Origin: Podarcis cretensis
Lineage: Eukaryota
DNA length: 64,000 nt
Assembly: GCA_951804945.1 (NCBI GenBank)
Contig: OX638149.1
Location: forward strand, 86,056,001-86,120,000
Reading direction: 5' to 3'
The notes beneath the pieces were generated by a model. That model was not told where the DNA came from and ran no database searches. It saw nothing but the letters and a program-made list of their open reading frames with translations. This document shows, piece after piece, positions 1 to 12,178 of this stretch (within the stretch, counting starts at the first letter, position 1; every line of letters starts with the position of its first letter). Both the position numbers and the translations under genes were made by a program.

Positions 1-25
1 GCTCTACCACTGAGCTATGGCTCTC
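1..25 (-). mobile_element. tRNA-derived SINE head fragment (Squam3-like)
   Basis: Reverse complement reads gccatagctcagtggtagagc (A-box); cut off by the window edge. Confidence 0.5.
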
Positions 26-2666
26 CCCCAATGGTTTCATGGGATTTTGTTGTTTCAGAAGATAAAAATACTTCAGAACAATTTGCAAAAGTATATGTGG
101 TAGGTATCCAGTCATAAACTAAAGTGGGGATCTGAGGTCATATAATCATTAAGATCAGTGGTTCCCTTTAGGGTAGCTTTTGTTAAGTGAATGGTGCCCC
201 AGACCCCCTGGATGGGTTATGCGGACTCCCAGTTGGGAACCACTGACCTTAGATAAACAGGAGCAGAGCAATGCCCTCGCTAACCTGTACTTATTATGGA
301 CATCTGCTTATACTAAACAAAAGCAGCCGCAAATTCTCATATATGGCCATGGTTAAAGCTATTGCTTATACTCTCTACCACTTGTTTTGTGCAGTTATAT
401 TTGATGCCAAACACATTAAAAAGAGGATTCAGGCTGTTCCTGAAGAATTATGGGAATTGCAGACTTATCTGGATGCTGAGAGCTGTTAGAATATCCCAAG
501 CACGTTTAGAGAATTGCATTTCATTGAGTTATTTATGAACGTAGCGGATGTTGTAACAGTTAAAAGTGTTTAGGTTATAGCACAGAAATGTTGCCATTCT
601 GTCTGCAGAAATCTAACCCATTATGCCTGCATATGAGAGATTACAATATTGACCATTGCCACATGCAGCCTAATCCTATGGCTGTCTATTCAGAAATAAG
701 GCTTACTGAATCCAGTGGGTTTTACTCCCAAGTAGGGATTGAGGGGGGATTCAATTTGCATTTGAAGGTGAACCTACCTAATTCACACTTTCTTGAATAG
801 TATGGAGACTGAAAGGGAGCCATCCTTTCAAATTTGCATTTCTCTGAATTTTGCAATGCAGTTCCACAACCAAGCAATGTCTACAAAATAAAGTGCCCAT
901 ATACAGGCATATATTAGTGAAAATAGACCGACAAAACACATTGCATTAGGGGAAATGACTTTGCATTAGGGGAAATGTGTATTGTCCAACAGTACTGTGC
1001 AACAGTACATGCACAAATGTGTATATTAGGACACATTTGCAACAAAAAGCTGATGCTTTTTCATGAGGACCTTTTATAAAAATCACAGACTGAAGTTGAG
1101 ATGTTGAGAACTGAAATTCATTTAAAAATGAGAAACTGAAACAGACAGATTTGCCCACACGCAGATTTGGCATTATATTGCGTATGAAACTGTGTGTCAA
1201 GAAACAATGGAAAACAGAAAGGAAGGAAGGAGGGAAGGAAGAAGGAAAGAAAGAAAAGGAAGTTGTCTGTCATAATGTCATTACCAGTACACAGTGCTGA
1301 TGATGTGAGGGATGTTCCTAGACTCTGGACAGACAGAAATTGGGAGTAAGCAGTGGAGTGAAATACTCCTTTACGATCCTCTTCTCTAACATCTAATCCT
1401 TGGCTACAATTCACATGAAGATGGGCAGATAATTTGAACACCTCATCATCAACACCATAATTTTATTATTTATACCCTGCCCATCTGGCTGGATTGCCCC
1501 AGCCACATGTGATAGATAGGTTGATTCCATAGTTGGTAGCCTTTGGAGGTGGTTGGAAGATGAGTGACAAAGAATGGGAGCACAATGCCACGATTTATGC
1601 TTCCCCTCTAGGAGGCGAGAAGTAGGACTGAGATGGCGAGGCTTTCCTTGCTGAACAGCTATGGGGAGTTTGGTATGTGACCTGCAGGGCATTGTGATAT
1701 GGAGCCTCTTGTCCCAGCCAACTCCAAGGAAGATTCCTCCAAATGCTGAAGATACACCTCTTTAGCCTAGCGTTTGGCACATGAGAAATATGCTTTCAGG
1801 GCTCACTCTTTTCCTGGTAACAGTTTTAACTGTTACCATTACTATTTATTAAATTTGTATACCACCCTTCATTTGAAGATCCCAGGGCAGTTCACACCAT
1901 AAAAATACAAAATACATAATAAAACAAAAATGAAAACAAACTAATAACCCCACTCAATAAATAAATGCCCCCTTATCCCCAAACCCTTAAAATATGTATA
2001 CTTCCATTGCTGCTCACAGTGCTAAACATACTCCTGCAGAAGATGAGCAGAAATAAAATTTTGCCAGCATTCTGAATACACCACATGCATGGGAATTTGA
2101 AGCACCATGCAGGTACTAGAAAGATGGAGCAGCCTAGACTGGTCTTAGCAAAAATAATACCTGCTTTTTTTCTCTCTAACCCAGGTTTCCCCAAACTAGT
2201 TTTGAATTTTAAATCGTTGTAATATGCACTGGCACCTGCTGCTGAAGGATGGGTAATAAATTCAGTCATCACCATTGTATGGGCATATGTTTTGAAATGT
2301 CCACCTTTTCATTTTCAGGGATTCTTAACAAAAGCAGCAGACTATTTATCTAATATAGTGCAGTATAGTGCAGTCCAGTGCAATAGGCTGGCTGTAGTGC
2401 AGAGTCTCAAGTCTCACTGTCCCAGTGTGACCCCACCTCAGCTTGTCTGTCCCTTCCTGTGCTGCGCACACATTTGCTGCAGCACACTCAGGCCCTATCG
2501 CAGCCCATGCTCCAGGGACACGCTGTGTAGCCGTGGAATCCATGATACTATTTATGAAGCATGTTTCCAACTTCCAGGCAGCATTTCCTAGATGTTCAAA
2601 CTGCACTCAGGACAAAGTTGCAAACAACAACCCCATATTCAGTTGGATGTACTTGGGGAAGTATAT

Positions 2667-2870
2667 TCCCACCACCCTTCTGAGTAATACCCCTCCCCAC
2701 CTTCTCACTATATAGAAGGGTCTGGTGACTTCTGTTTCAGTGTATCTGAAGAAGTGTGCATGCACACGAAAGCTCATACCAAGAACTAACTTAGTTGGTC
2801 TTTAAGGTGCTACTGGAAGGAATTTATTTTGTTTTGACTATGGCAGACCAACATGGCTACCTATCTGTAA
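2667..2870 (+). mobile_element. Penelope-like retroelement terminal-repeat fragment
   Basis: Typical PLE end (CTGAAGAAG...CGAAAGCTC...gttggtctttaaggtgctact...ggctacc), flanked by direct repeat ttggggaagtatat at 2653-2666 and 2871-2884. Confidence 0.75.
2742..2779 (+). ncRNA. Minimal type-I hammerhead ribozyme motif
   Basis: GUAU-CUGAAGA(A)-GUGUGCAUGCACAC-GAAA-GC-UC^AUAC. All core nucleotides are present, stem I is GUAU/AUAC, stem II is perfect and stem III is the palindrome AGCU. Confidence 0.7.
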
Positions 2871-4054
2871 TTGGGGAAGTATATAAGTTACACGGTATGT
2901 AGCTTATATACATACATAGAAATTGTTGCTCTGCTTTATTAATGCATGCTAAGATGGCAGTAGCGCAACCAAGTTCAGTTTTTCCTTGCTGCATTTAGGT
3001 GATAGCTGGATCTGCTCACATGCTCAGATGTTTAAAACCCTTAAGTTGTTATCAGTTCACTAATGTATGGGTAATCCACATTTATCTAAGACAAAGTGAT
3101 TTATTGCGGCAGACACTCTTGTGAACTAGAACCCGCTACACCGGGTTCAAGGTGTGCTAGCTGTATACACCAGGGACCAGGTGGTGAAAGATAAAACTGT
3201 GAAGCCAAAAAGGTCATGAAATGCAAGAGGAACCTCCTGTAACATTTCTGTGCAAAACTGGAACGTCCAGCCTCGAATTTGGTTTTTAGCCACCCACCAG
3301 GGGTTGGGGAACAGGTGACCTTGGGTGTTTTTGTTCCTCCTTTTCTTATGCATGTCACTGTGGTGGTTTCTAATCTCCTGGGTCAACCATGAGTAAATTG
3401 CTAAGCCGCTCCTTCCATCCATTGTTGTGCGGCTAACACCCTCCTTGGAGGAAGGGAGCACAAAGGTTATAAAGGAATAAATAATAAAAACGTGTGCTTT
3501 ACAGAGTTCTGGGAGCAGCGCCCCCCACCCCAGCCTTTAGGAAAGCCACTTCGGTTGCCCATCTGTAAAATGGGCATAATAAGGTTTGCTTAACCCAGCG
3601 AGAGTGAACGGGCTCCTCACCAAGAAAGCACTTGGCGTTCGTTAGAGGAGGGCTACAAAATGGTTAGCAACAGCCCCGCGTGTATCTGCCGCACGTCATG
3701 GGAGCGGATGGGCTCTTTCAGCAAGAAATTCCTCGGCTCCGGACCCCCCCCCCGCCCACCTCTCCCCTCCCCCGGGTGGAACCCCTCCCACCTCCGCTTT
3801 GCATAGCACTCCTCCGCCACCTCTGCGAGGCGCTGCCAGCCCCCTCGCGCCCATTACGCTCCCGCGCACACCCACCCCGGCGCTCACTCGCTCCCAGCCC
3901 CCGGGAGCGCCTATCTGCTTCGGTCAATGGCTGTGGGTGTCTCCGGCGCTGGCGAGTGCCTGCCCGCCTTGCCCCGATGCTCGATAAGCTGGCTCGCCTT
4001 ACTGGGCATGCCCGCTTCGTTTCTATATAAAACCCGCCGGAGTTAATCCCTGGA

Positions 4055-4166
4055 CATTCCCCGGCTCCTTCCACCCCGCCCCTCGCCATCGGATTGCGCT
4101 GGATCGCGCCGCTCGCCCAGCCTCAGCATCGCCCGCAGATCTGCACGAGAGCTGCGCTGCAACAAG
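4055..4166 (+). other. CARNS1: CARNS1 non-coding exon 1 (start approximate)
   Basis: Begins about 30 nt downstream of the TATA box, contains no ATG, ends at donor CAAG|gtaacg. Assignment to CARNS1 is inferred from position. Confidence 0.6.
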
Positions 4167-4363
4167 GTAACGGGGGCGGGGGGCGGCGGGGGTGGACGTT
4201 GGGTTTCTCCCCCAGCCCCGGGTGAGTCTCGGGCGCCTTTCCCGCCCGGAGTGAGGCCCGGATCGGGGGGTTGGGGGAGGGGGCGGCGCTGGCGCCCGGG
4301 GGTCGCGCGAGCGCAGCCTGTTGCTGGAGAGGACGGGGAAGAAAGGGGGTCGGCCGGGACCAC

Positions 4364-4400
4364 GTGTGTGTGTGTGTGTGTGTGTGTGCGCGTGTGTGTG
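4364..4400. repeat. (TG)n microsatellite
   Basis: Seen directly. Confidence 0.9.
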
Positions 4401-5779
4401 CGCGCGGCTCGCTTGAAGAATTGCGGTGCGCCTGGTGAGCAGGACGGACGGAGCGGGAGTCATGCCATTCCCCTTCTCATGTAAGTCTCCCCTCGGTTAC
4501 AATGGGCCACCTGGAATTGGTGCAACCTGTTTTTATTATGCCTGCTGCTGCGAGAAGCGCGCGGATCGCCCTGCAGGTCGCGGAGGGAGACGGGAGGCGG
4601 GTTGCGGGAAGCACAAAGCTGAGGGACGTGCAGTAAGGCTGCTGCTCTTCTGCCTGGCGGTGGGGGGCAGGGAAAGGGGCTTCTCGAGCGCCTGGCGGGG
4701 TCCCTGCTTGACCCGAAGTCCCGCCCACACGGGCCGTCTCCGCCAATCACCCTGCTCCTGGGCGTCCCCCCCCTCCTTTCCTTTTCTTTTTTAGAATTGG
4801 CTGGGGAATAAAAGCATCAAGTTCCTATGGACAAAAAAGGTTGGGCAAGGCTAGGATCCCCAGCTGATGCAACTGGGCACTGGCTTCAAGGGAGCCTGCG
4901 GGCATCTTGATGCTTACACTGGTGTAGGAATATCGGCACGCGAAATCGTCGCCTGAATTTTTTTCTCTTTTTCCTCGATTAAAACGGTCTGGAGTACCTC
5001 GCCCCCCCCCCACCGCCCCACGCCTGTTCTCACCTCCTCTTGCAGACTGGACGCACTATTTCTCCTGCACATAAGCAGGAGCTGAAATGGGGGGGGGGGA
5101 GGGTGGTATACATTCAAAGCCCTCCCTCTTCCTCCTTGGTGTGTGCTAACAAAAGGAAGGTGGTGCTGGGAAGCGCCAAGGGCTTAGGCTGAGAACATAG
5201 ATGGCAGGCAACTTTCTGCATTCCCCATGGGAGTCTTGGAAAGCTTCTTTTGGCATTAAGTGAGATACACACACAGAAAGATAATTTAACACAAATACAC
5301 ACATATTATACACACAGAGAAAAATTTGAAACAACCCTGGAATTCTTCCCCCTTACCAGTAATAGGAAGCCAGATGTGCAGACTTTGTGCCATGTACAAG
5401 GGCCCCACAGTCGTCCTCCACCATGTGGCTAAGTGGACTTAGGGTAGGGGACCAGAAGCCCTGCATATGAGCCATTTGATCCATGCCACAGCCCAAGCTC
5501 CATGAAAGATGTGCCCTTGCCGTAATTCTTCCTCGGTGAATTTGACAATGTACAGGTATTTCTGTTTACCGTTTTCCCCATGCCTGTGGCCTAATTTTCC
5601 CCAACCAGATCAAATAGTTATGAGACATCTTCACCCTTCCAGCTGGTGAGCTGAAGACCTGCCAAGTGAGCTCTTATCTGTGAGTCTCCAGGCTTGTGGC
5701 AGTGGGTGCTGGGGGCAGCGTGGCACAAGAAATTAAGGCAGCCGTGAGCTTGGAGAGAAGGCTGGGAAAGCGCAGTGGG

Positions 5780-5953
5780 TGGGGAGAGCTGCTGCTTTGC
5801 ATGCCAAAGTCCCAGGTTAAATCCCTGGCTTCTCCAGGTAGATCAGGGAGAAACCCTGAAAGATGCAGAGTTGCTGTTGGTCAGTTCTGAGACAGTTCTG
5901 AGCTAGACAAACCCAAAGTCTGACTTGGTAAAAGGCAGCACCTTATGTCCCTA
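5780..5953 (+). mobile_element. Squam3-like tRNA-derived SINE (degenerate)
   Basis: ctgctttgcatgc...ggttaaatccctggc..ctccaggtag...tgagctaga...ggcagc..ctatgtcccta; similar to the copies at 23215 and 47303. Confidence 0.65.
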
Positions 5954-6327
5954 GATGCAGCCCCTGCATAAAAGTCCTAAAGAACAGGAGCACTCTATGG
6001 GTGTCTCTCCTCAGTGAAGCTGTTGGGTCTGCAGGTAATGATTGATTAATTATATTACCTTGCAGTTGCCAACTGTGGGGAAGCCATTCCACTGTTTATA
6101 TGTAAACCATTGGCTGTAAAGTATCCCGTGTGGAATAAACTTAACACAATAGGGATCTCTGTCTTTCTTCTTTGGCGATCACTCCTAGCCGAGTAAGATT
6201 GTCTTCCATGAACTTGGTCTCTGATGGACTTGTTAACAGCATTCAGGAAGTGATAGAAGTTTGTTTATTTAGGGGCTTTATATCCTTCTCTTCACCACAT
6301 GGTCTCAGGGCAAGTTGCTGATCGCTA

Positions 6328-6398
6328 TACAGAGCCTGGCGTGCTCTGGTCCATGGGGTCACGAAGAGTCGGACATGACTAAACAACTAAAAAACAAT
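6328..6398 (+). mobile_element. BovB (RTE) LINE 3' terminus
   Basis: gagcctggcgtgctctggtccatggggtcacgaagagtcggacatgactaaacaac, the characteristic BovB tail. Confidence 0.8.
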
Positions 6399-8238
6399 GA
6401 GTAAATTTTTTTTTTTAAAAAATCACACTATACAAGTTCCTTTATTAGATGAACACAATGCCACTACTGTGATTTGAGGGCTTCAACATCTGTGAACCCT
6501 GAAATTGGGGTCCCCTCCAGACCTTTTGTATGGTTTTGTAAGGCAAACTCTGTGTTTTGTAGGGCCCCCCAAACTGAGAAATTGATACATCAATCCGGAG
6601 TTTGTGGTTAACACCCAGAAATCCAACACTGTCCACTTCACACTCAAATTTCAGGGTTCATAGTTAAATGAATTTTGCTTTGAGGTCCCCAGCATTGGTG
6701 CCCATTGCATCTCAAGTTCTCTCACCATGGAGAACCTTCTGATATTATCTTGGGGGGGCAAATGAAATGGTGCCTTGTGGTTACCACACCCAAAGGAATA
6801 TGTAATCTCAGGTGAGAAAATATATTAAACTTTGGGTGGTGGCACTTTTGCATCCTGGAAAGGTAATATTGGGATGACACTCCCAAAAAGGGTTTTAGTC
6901 AGTTGACCCCCGTCAAATATTTTCAAGGAATGGTAAAGTATATTTAAAGCACTAACTTCATTAGAACAACTAATGAACAACTAATTTCCTGTTACTGTGA
7001 AACAATGAAAATAACATAAAAAACCAGTTACAACATATTGCTATAAATTTTAAGAATGGTAGCAAAGGGTCCTATAATAGTGAATAATTCACATTCCCTT
7101 TGGTGGTAATCCTGCTACCTCAGTCAGCCTGCAGCTGTACCTTAAACAAAAGTAAAACAGAAATAAAGTAGAAGTAACTATAAAAGAAAAATGCTGTCAA
7201 AAGTCAGTTTCTAAAGGAAGCTGTGCTAAGTAGGCAGCAGACCAGATCTTCAAGCATCAACTCTGATTCTTAAGGCAAGCAAGATGGAGTCATGGACCGT
7301 CTTAGGTAGCAACTGTTGCTAATATTTGGAGATGCCTGCAGTTCTAGCTGGTGGCCAACAGGAGGAGCTTGGCTTTGCTGCAAGGCTTGTCCAACACAGT
7401 ACTGTACTGCTTCCAGGGGTTTTATCTGGGGGAGGGGGGTTAGGCATCGTCCTTTCAGTGGGTCCCCCTCAATGCACCTGCCCCCTCCTCTCTATTATTG
7501 CTGGCACCCATTAGTTTGCCTCTCCCTTTGGCTCCTAGTGCACACCATCACATGGAGAGGGAAGACAAAGCATGTTCCTGCCCTTTTTTCTCACTGCTTG
7601 CCTGGAGAGGGCAAGTGAACAGGCAGCAGCACAGCAGAGGAGCTGGGCTGTAAAGCTCCAGGGATTGGCAAGGGGCTCCCACACCTGACCGTGGCCCTGG
7701 GTTTGGCCCCAGGAACTTCTGCGTGATCAAAGGCAACCTACCCTTCACTCTTGCTCTTGCTAAGAAACGACACCCTAATGAAATTTAAAAAAAGAAGGTT
7801 CAGTGGCATTCTTGACTTCATGAAATAGTTGATGGCAATCAGATAATAGACACTCAATCCAGTGCCATTCCACGTCCTAGATGTAGGCTTGAAGAGTGAA
7901 TGATTTTGCAAGTGGAGCTGAAATAAAGAATGGTCTTTCAAATAATTGAAATCCAAAGTTATTTTTCCTCGGACAAGTACTCGGACTTTTACTGAATCTA
8001 CATTACTCATCACATGATAGCTGCAGCCAACACTTTACACAAAGTTGTTGAATGATCGCAGATCATTCCCTGCTTTCACTTTAGATAGGAGCCAAACAAT
8101 TGAGAAAGCTGCTGATAAGCCACTGGTTGGGAGCAGCGACTTACCCCTTGTCTGTGGCAAGCATGAGGCACCTCCAGGTAGTGTAGCTTTTTGGAAGTCA
8201 TAAAAAAATGGTCTCCTTTTTCATTCAGACAATTTCCA

Positions 8239-8355
8239 GAGGGGAAGTTGGGTTAGTCTGTTGGAGCAAAATCAACAAAGAACACTGTGGTGCCTTAAAG
8301 ACTAATCAGTCTATTGTGGCATATGCTTTCGTGAACTAGAGATGAGCAGATACAT
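8239..8355 (-). mobile_element. Degenerate Penelope terminal fragment
   Basis: Reverse complement reads ...cacgaaagcatatgcc...ttagtctttaaggcaccacag, homologous to the 2667-2870 element. The hammerhead core is broken. Confidence 0.55.
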
Positions 8356-9708
8356 AGTATTTAAGAGTGTCAGTTTAGGATGGGGAGAGACCCAGGTTCA
8401 AATCCCCCTCAGTGGACAGCTTTGGGGCAGTCACAGTTTCTTAGGCTAAAATATGTGTGTGGGGGGGGGGGGAACCAAGTACTCCATCTTGAGCTTAAAG
8501 AAGGAAAGATGGAATAGAAATGTCATAAATAAATCTCCTAAACATGGCACGGGGCGGGGGGAGATGCAAATATATACGCACTATACCTTTAAAGCACTTT
8601 TGAAGCACATTCCTTTCCTCAAAGGATTCTGGGAACTGTAGTTTGTTACGGGTTGCTGAGAATTGTACCTCTGTGAGGAGTGAACTGCATTACCCAGAAT
8701 TCTTTGAGGGAAGTAAGGTATTCTAAATGTGCTTACAGATACAGTGTGTACACATCCCTAGTGGTAAGGAGTGGGAAAGCAGGTGACAGAGAGAGAGAGA
8801 GAAAGGAGTGACCCTACCCACTTTGACTCTCACTCTGCCTACTGCCATTATGTGACCCTTGTCAGATCACACTGAGGGAATGCAGCCCTGGAAAGGAGAC
8901 AAAAAGGGTTGCCCACCCCTGATGGAACAGGCTCAAGCTGCATAAGCATAGGAAGCTGCTTTGTGGAGTCAGGTGTTAACCTCAGTTTGTTTATCCAGTT
9001 CTTACTTGGGATTCATTTGATTTGAAGTAAACCTTTGTTTCCAGCCGCACTGCAGATGTGACATACATGCCACCAACCACCAAGTTGCATCAGCACATTA
9101 CTCAACACCAGTTTCCCAAACAACAATTTATGAATTAGGTTTTCATAACAATGAAACGGCAAGCTAAAACTTCTGATATGAATGTTTTCCATTTTAAGGA
9201 GAGATGCAAACACATCCCCAGATGGTTTGGGGAAACCATTCAGTCTCCTGGTGATCATTTAAACTTTACTTAGCTCGATAAAGTAGGCTTAGGGCAGTTC
9301 GGGACTAAAAGCACACTTTGCCTTTGGTAAAGTGAGTCAATATGTGTGGTTTGTCACCCAAACTCAGAGATGCCAATGGACAAGGAAAGCTGGCCTCATC
9401 TCCTCTTCGCAGCAGGTTGAGCAACAGGGGGAAAAGAGGGAAATAAATTTTTAAGACCTGGAGATCTCATCATGATCACCTGCTAATGTCAAAAGCTTTG
9501 TGGGGCCAGTAAAAAAACTGTCAGCCTTGCTGCCAAGATCATTTGCAACCCATCCAGTTTAATATGCCTGGCAGGAAAATAGTAGATGATGATTTATCAC
9601 ACTCTGTCTCATACAGGGAGAGTACATAAATCCTAAATACCATTTCTGCATAAATCCTAAATACCATTTCCTGCCGTGAGCAGGTGCTTGCTCACCTAGG
9701 CTGCATTA

Positions 9709-9933
9709 CGGTGGTACCTCGGGTTAAGTACTTAATTCGTTCCGGAGGTCCGTACTTAACCTGAAACTGTTCTTAACCTGAAGCACCACTTTAGTTAATG
9801 GGGCCTCTTGCTGCCGCCGCGCCGCCAGAGCACGATTTCTGTTCTCATCCTGAAGCAAAGTTCTTAACCTGAAGCACTATTTCTGGGTTGGCGGAGTCTG
9901 TAACCTGAAGCGTATGTAACCTGAGGTACCACT
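9709..9933 (+). mobile_element. Tc1/mariner (pogo/Tigger-like) MITE, family A
   Basis: TIRs c(a/g)gtggtacctc / gaggtaccactg with TA flanks. Near-identical copies at 11953, 29528 and 41850. Confidence 0.85.
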
Positions 9934-10988
9934 GTATTGGGAATGGCTACTCACTGTGGTGGAAGGCAGCACACTACTTGCTACATCAACCCAGTAAGGT
10001 AGTTCCCTAGTAACAGGTGACATTCCTTCCTCCCTCCCCTCCCCTCCCTCTCTGCTTGTCACCTAGGGCAAGGGAATTCTCACTGCCTCAAGGTGGTCTA
10101 TTCAGGAGTAAAGGAACAACCAGCTGAATTCCAGCTCTCCTGCTTGGCCACCTCAGCCCACCTCCTCTTCAGATATTCCAGGTACTTTAAGAACTAATAG
10201 CCTAACCGAGAAGGTTTAACCAATGCAGGGGGGGGAGGCAGGGGACAGCCAGCTCTTGAGTGTGTCCAGAAATTCACAAATCCAAAACAGCGAGTGTCCA
10301 GAATCAAAATGAAAATTAAACAGCATACCAGGATGTTGGTCTAACCCTACACCAGGCAAAGCTAACAGAACAATGGTCTGGCGTTGGTGGCAAGAGGGGC
10401 AACAGACCACATGGACCATGCATTTATGGTCTTTTATGCTAAGGTGGCTTTGAGTGACAGGTTGCTATGCCCAGCCAATAATAGGATGGCCATGCACTTC
10501 AGGAAGGTGTGCTTCACACTTCTGGGAAAGTTGAGAGGTGGGCAGTTAACTGCTGCCGGATTTGCCCACTTCTGCTGTGAGGTGACACTGATGTGCCTTG
10601 GAAGAGGAGATGTAACTTTTCCGCCTGGATGTAATAAAGAACTGGGCAATCCCAAAGTGACAGGATGGGGTGGGCAGAGCCACACCGTTCAACCATTTCT
10701 GTTTGAAGGGAAGCATGTGATGGCACAGCCCTAAAATAACCTGCACCACCCATTTTAACACAGGGATGTTTGTGCTACTGCAAGAACTTCCAGTGGGAAA
10801 TAAATTGGAGTTAACACCAAACGTCTGCCAGGTAATGTGTAAACTGCAAATCACCTCTCTTAGTAAGTTCTGCAGCAGCAAAGCAGCTGCGCAGTCCTGG
10901 CAGAAATGCAGGTGGCATTTTCCCCAAAGAAAGGGAGCTGTCCCTTAAAACAAATGAAGCCTGACTGCATGCTCCCTTGCCTCACCTA

Positions 10989-11340
10989 AAAAAGGTAAAG
11001 GGGCCCCTGACCATTAGGTCCAGTCGTGGCCGACTCTGGGGTTGCAGCGCTCATCTCGCTTTATTGGCCGAGGGAGCCGGCGTACAGCTTCCAGGTCATG
11101 TGGCCAGATGACTAAGCCACTTCTGGCAAACCAGAGCAGCAGACGGAAACGCTGTTTACCTTCCCGCTGGAGCGGTATCTATTTATCTACTTGCACTTTG
11201 ATGTGCTTTCAAACTGCTAGGTTGGCAGGAGCAGGGACCGAGCAACGGGAGCTCACCCCGTTGCGAGGATTCAAACTGCCGACCTTCTGATTGGCAAGTC
11301 CTAGGCTCTGTGGTTTAACCCACAGCGCCACCTGCGTCCC
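10989..11340 (-). mobile_element. Sauria SINE, full length
   Basis: Minus strand starts gggacgcaggtggcgctgtgggttaaacc and ends in an (ACCTTT) tail. TSD ttgcctca(c/t)cta at 10977-10988 and 11341-11352. Confidence 0.9.
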
Positions 11341-11952
11341 TTGCCTCATCTAGTGAACTGTTAATTAACCTTTGGGCTTTCAGTGATTATTTAGCAGCCA
11401 ATTCAAACTGATATTCTTTGTAGTAGATAACAGGTTCTCTTGACAAAAATCATACAGGCAGAATTACTTCTTCCTTTGTAGATTAAGTTCAATGTGTGTG
11501 TATGTACATGGATTACAACTGTGCTTTTGCCACCAAGTACCCATTTCACATAGTTCAGTTTAGATTAAAATCTTACTAATGGGCCCCAATTTTTTTAAAA
11601 AAACTTATTAATGGATTTACTGATGAATTAATTACTTGAGTTATTGAAGACTCAAGTAATCCTTTCTACCCTAGCTAGACTTCGAAGCAAGATTTTGCCA
11701 AATTTAGAGCACTAAGTAGGTAGAGCTTCAATCCTTAATTGATTAATTGGTGAGATTAATCAACTAAAGCTTTAATCACAGATTAAAAATTGATCCCTGA
11801 TTCATCAGTGGGACTCACAGCAAGTGAAGACTCAGGGATTTAGGATTTAAAAGACTTGCTGCTGTAGAGACTGTATTGGGGTGCTCCTGCTTTTCTCGTT
11901 GCTGGTGATTGTTGCCATTACTAAGCTCCGCAGACCAAACGTCATAGCAGTA

Positions 11953-12178
11953 CAGTAGTACCTCTGGTTACATACGCTTCAGGTTACAGACTCCACTAAC
12001 CCAGAAATAGTACCTCGGGTTAAGAACTTTGCTTCAGGATGAGAACAGAAATCGTGCTCCAGCGGTGCAGCGGCAGCAGGAGGCCCCATTAGCTAAAGTG
12101 GTGCTTCAGGTTAAGAACAGTTTCAGGTTAAGAATGGACCTCCAGAACGAATTAAGTACTTAACCCGAGGTACCACTG
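11953..12178 (-). mobile_element. Tc1/mariner MITE, family A (reverse copy)
   Basis: Reverse complement of the 9709 element; TIRs intact. Confidence 0.85.

Larger units (their letters stand above)
3680..4790 (+). promoter_or_regulatory. CARNS1: CpG island / CARNS1 promoter with TATA box
   Basis: Very GC- and CpG-rich stretch. TATATAAAA at 4024-4032, followed by a candidate first exon ending in a strong donor AAG|GTAACG at 4166/4167. The nearest downstream + strand gene is CARNS1. Confidence 0.75.

Noticed and set aside
1-3600. Absence of TBC1D10C, the upstream neighbour in human
   Set aside because: Only about 4 kb upstream is visible, which is too little to infer loss or rearrangement.
3680-4794. 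Many overlapping ORFs in the CpG island
   Set aside because: Stop-codon depletion in GC-rich DNA; the low-complexity Pro/Arg/Gly products show no recognisable homology.
8239-8355. Second hammerhead in the reverse Penelope fragment
   Set aside because: The CUGAnGA core and stem II are disrupted, so it is predicted inactive.
9625-9670. Short tandem duplication cataaatcctaaataccatttc x2
   Set aside because: Ordinary slippage duplication in an intron with no further structure.
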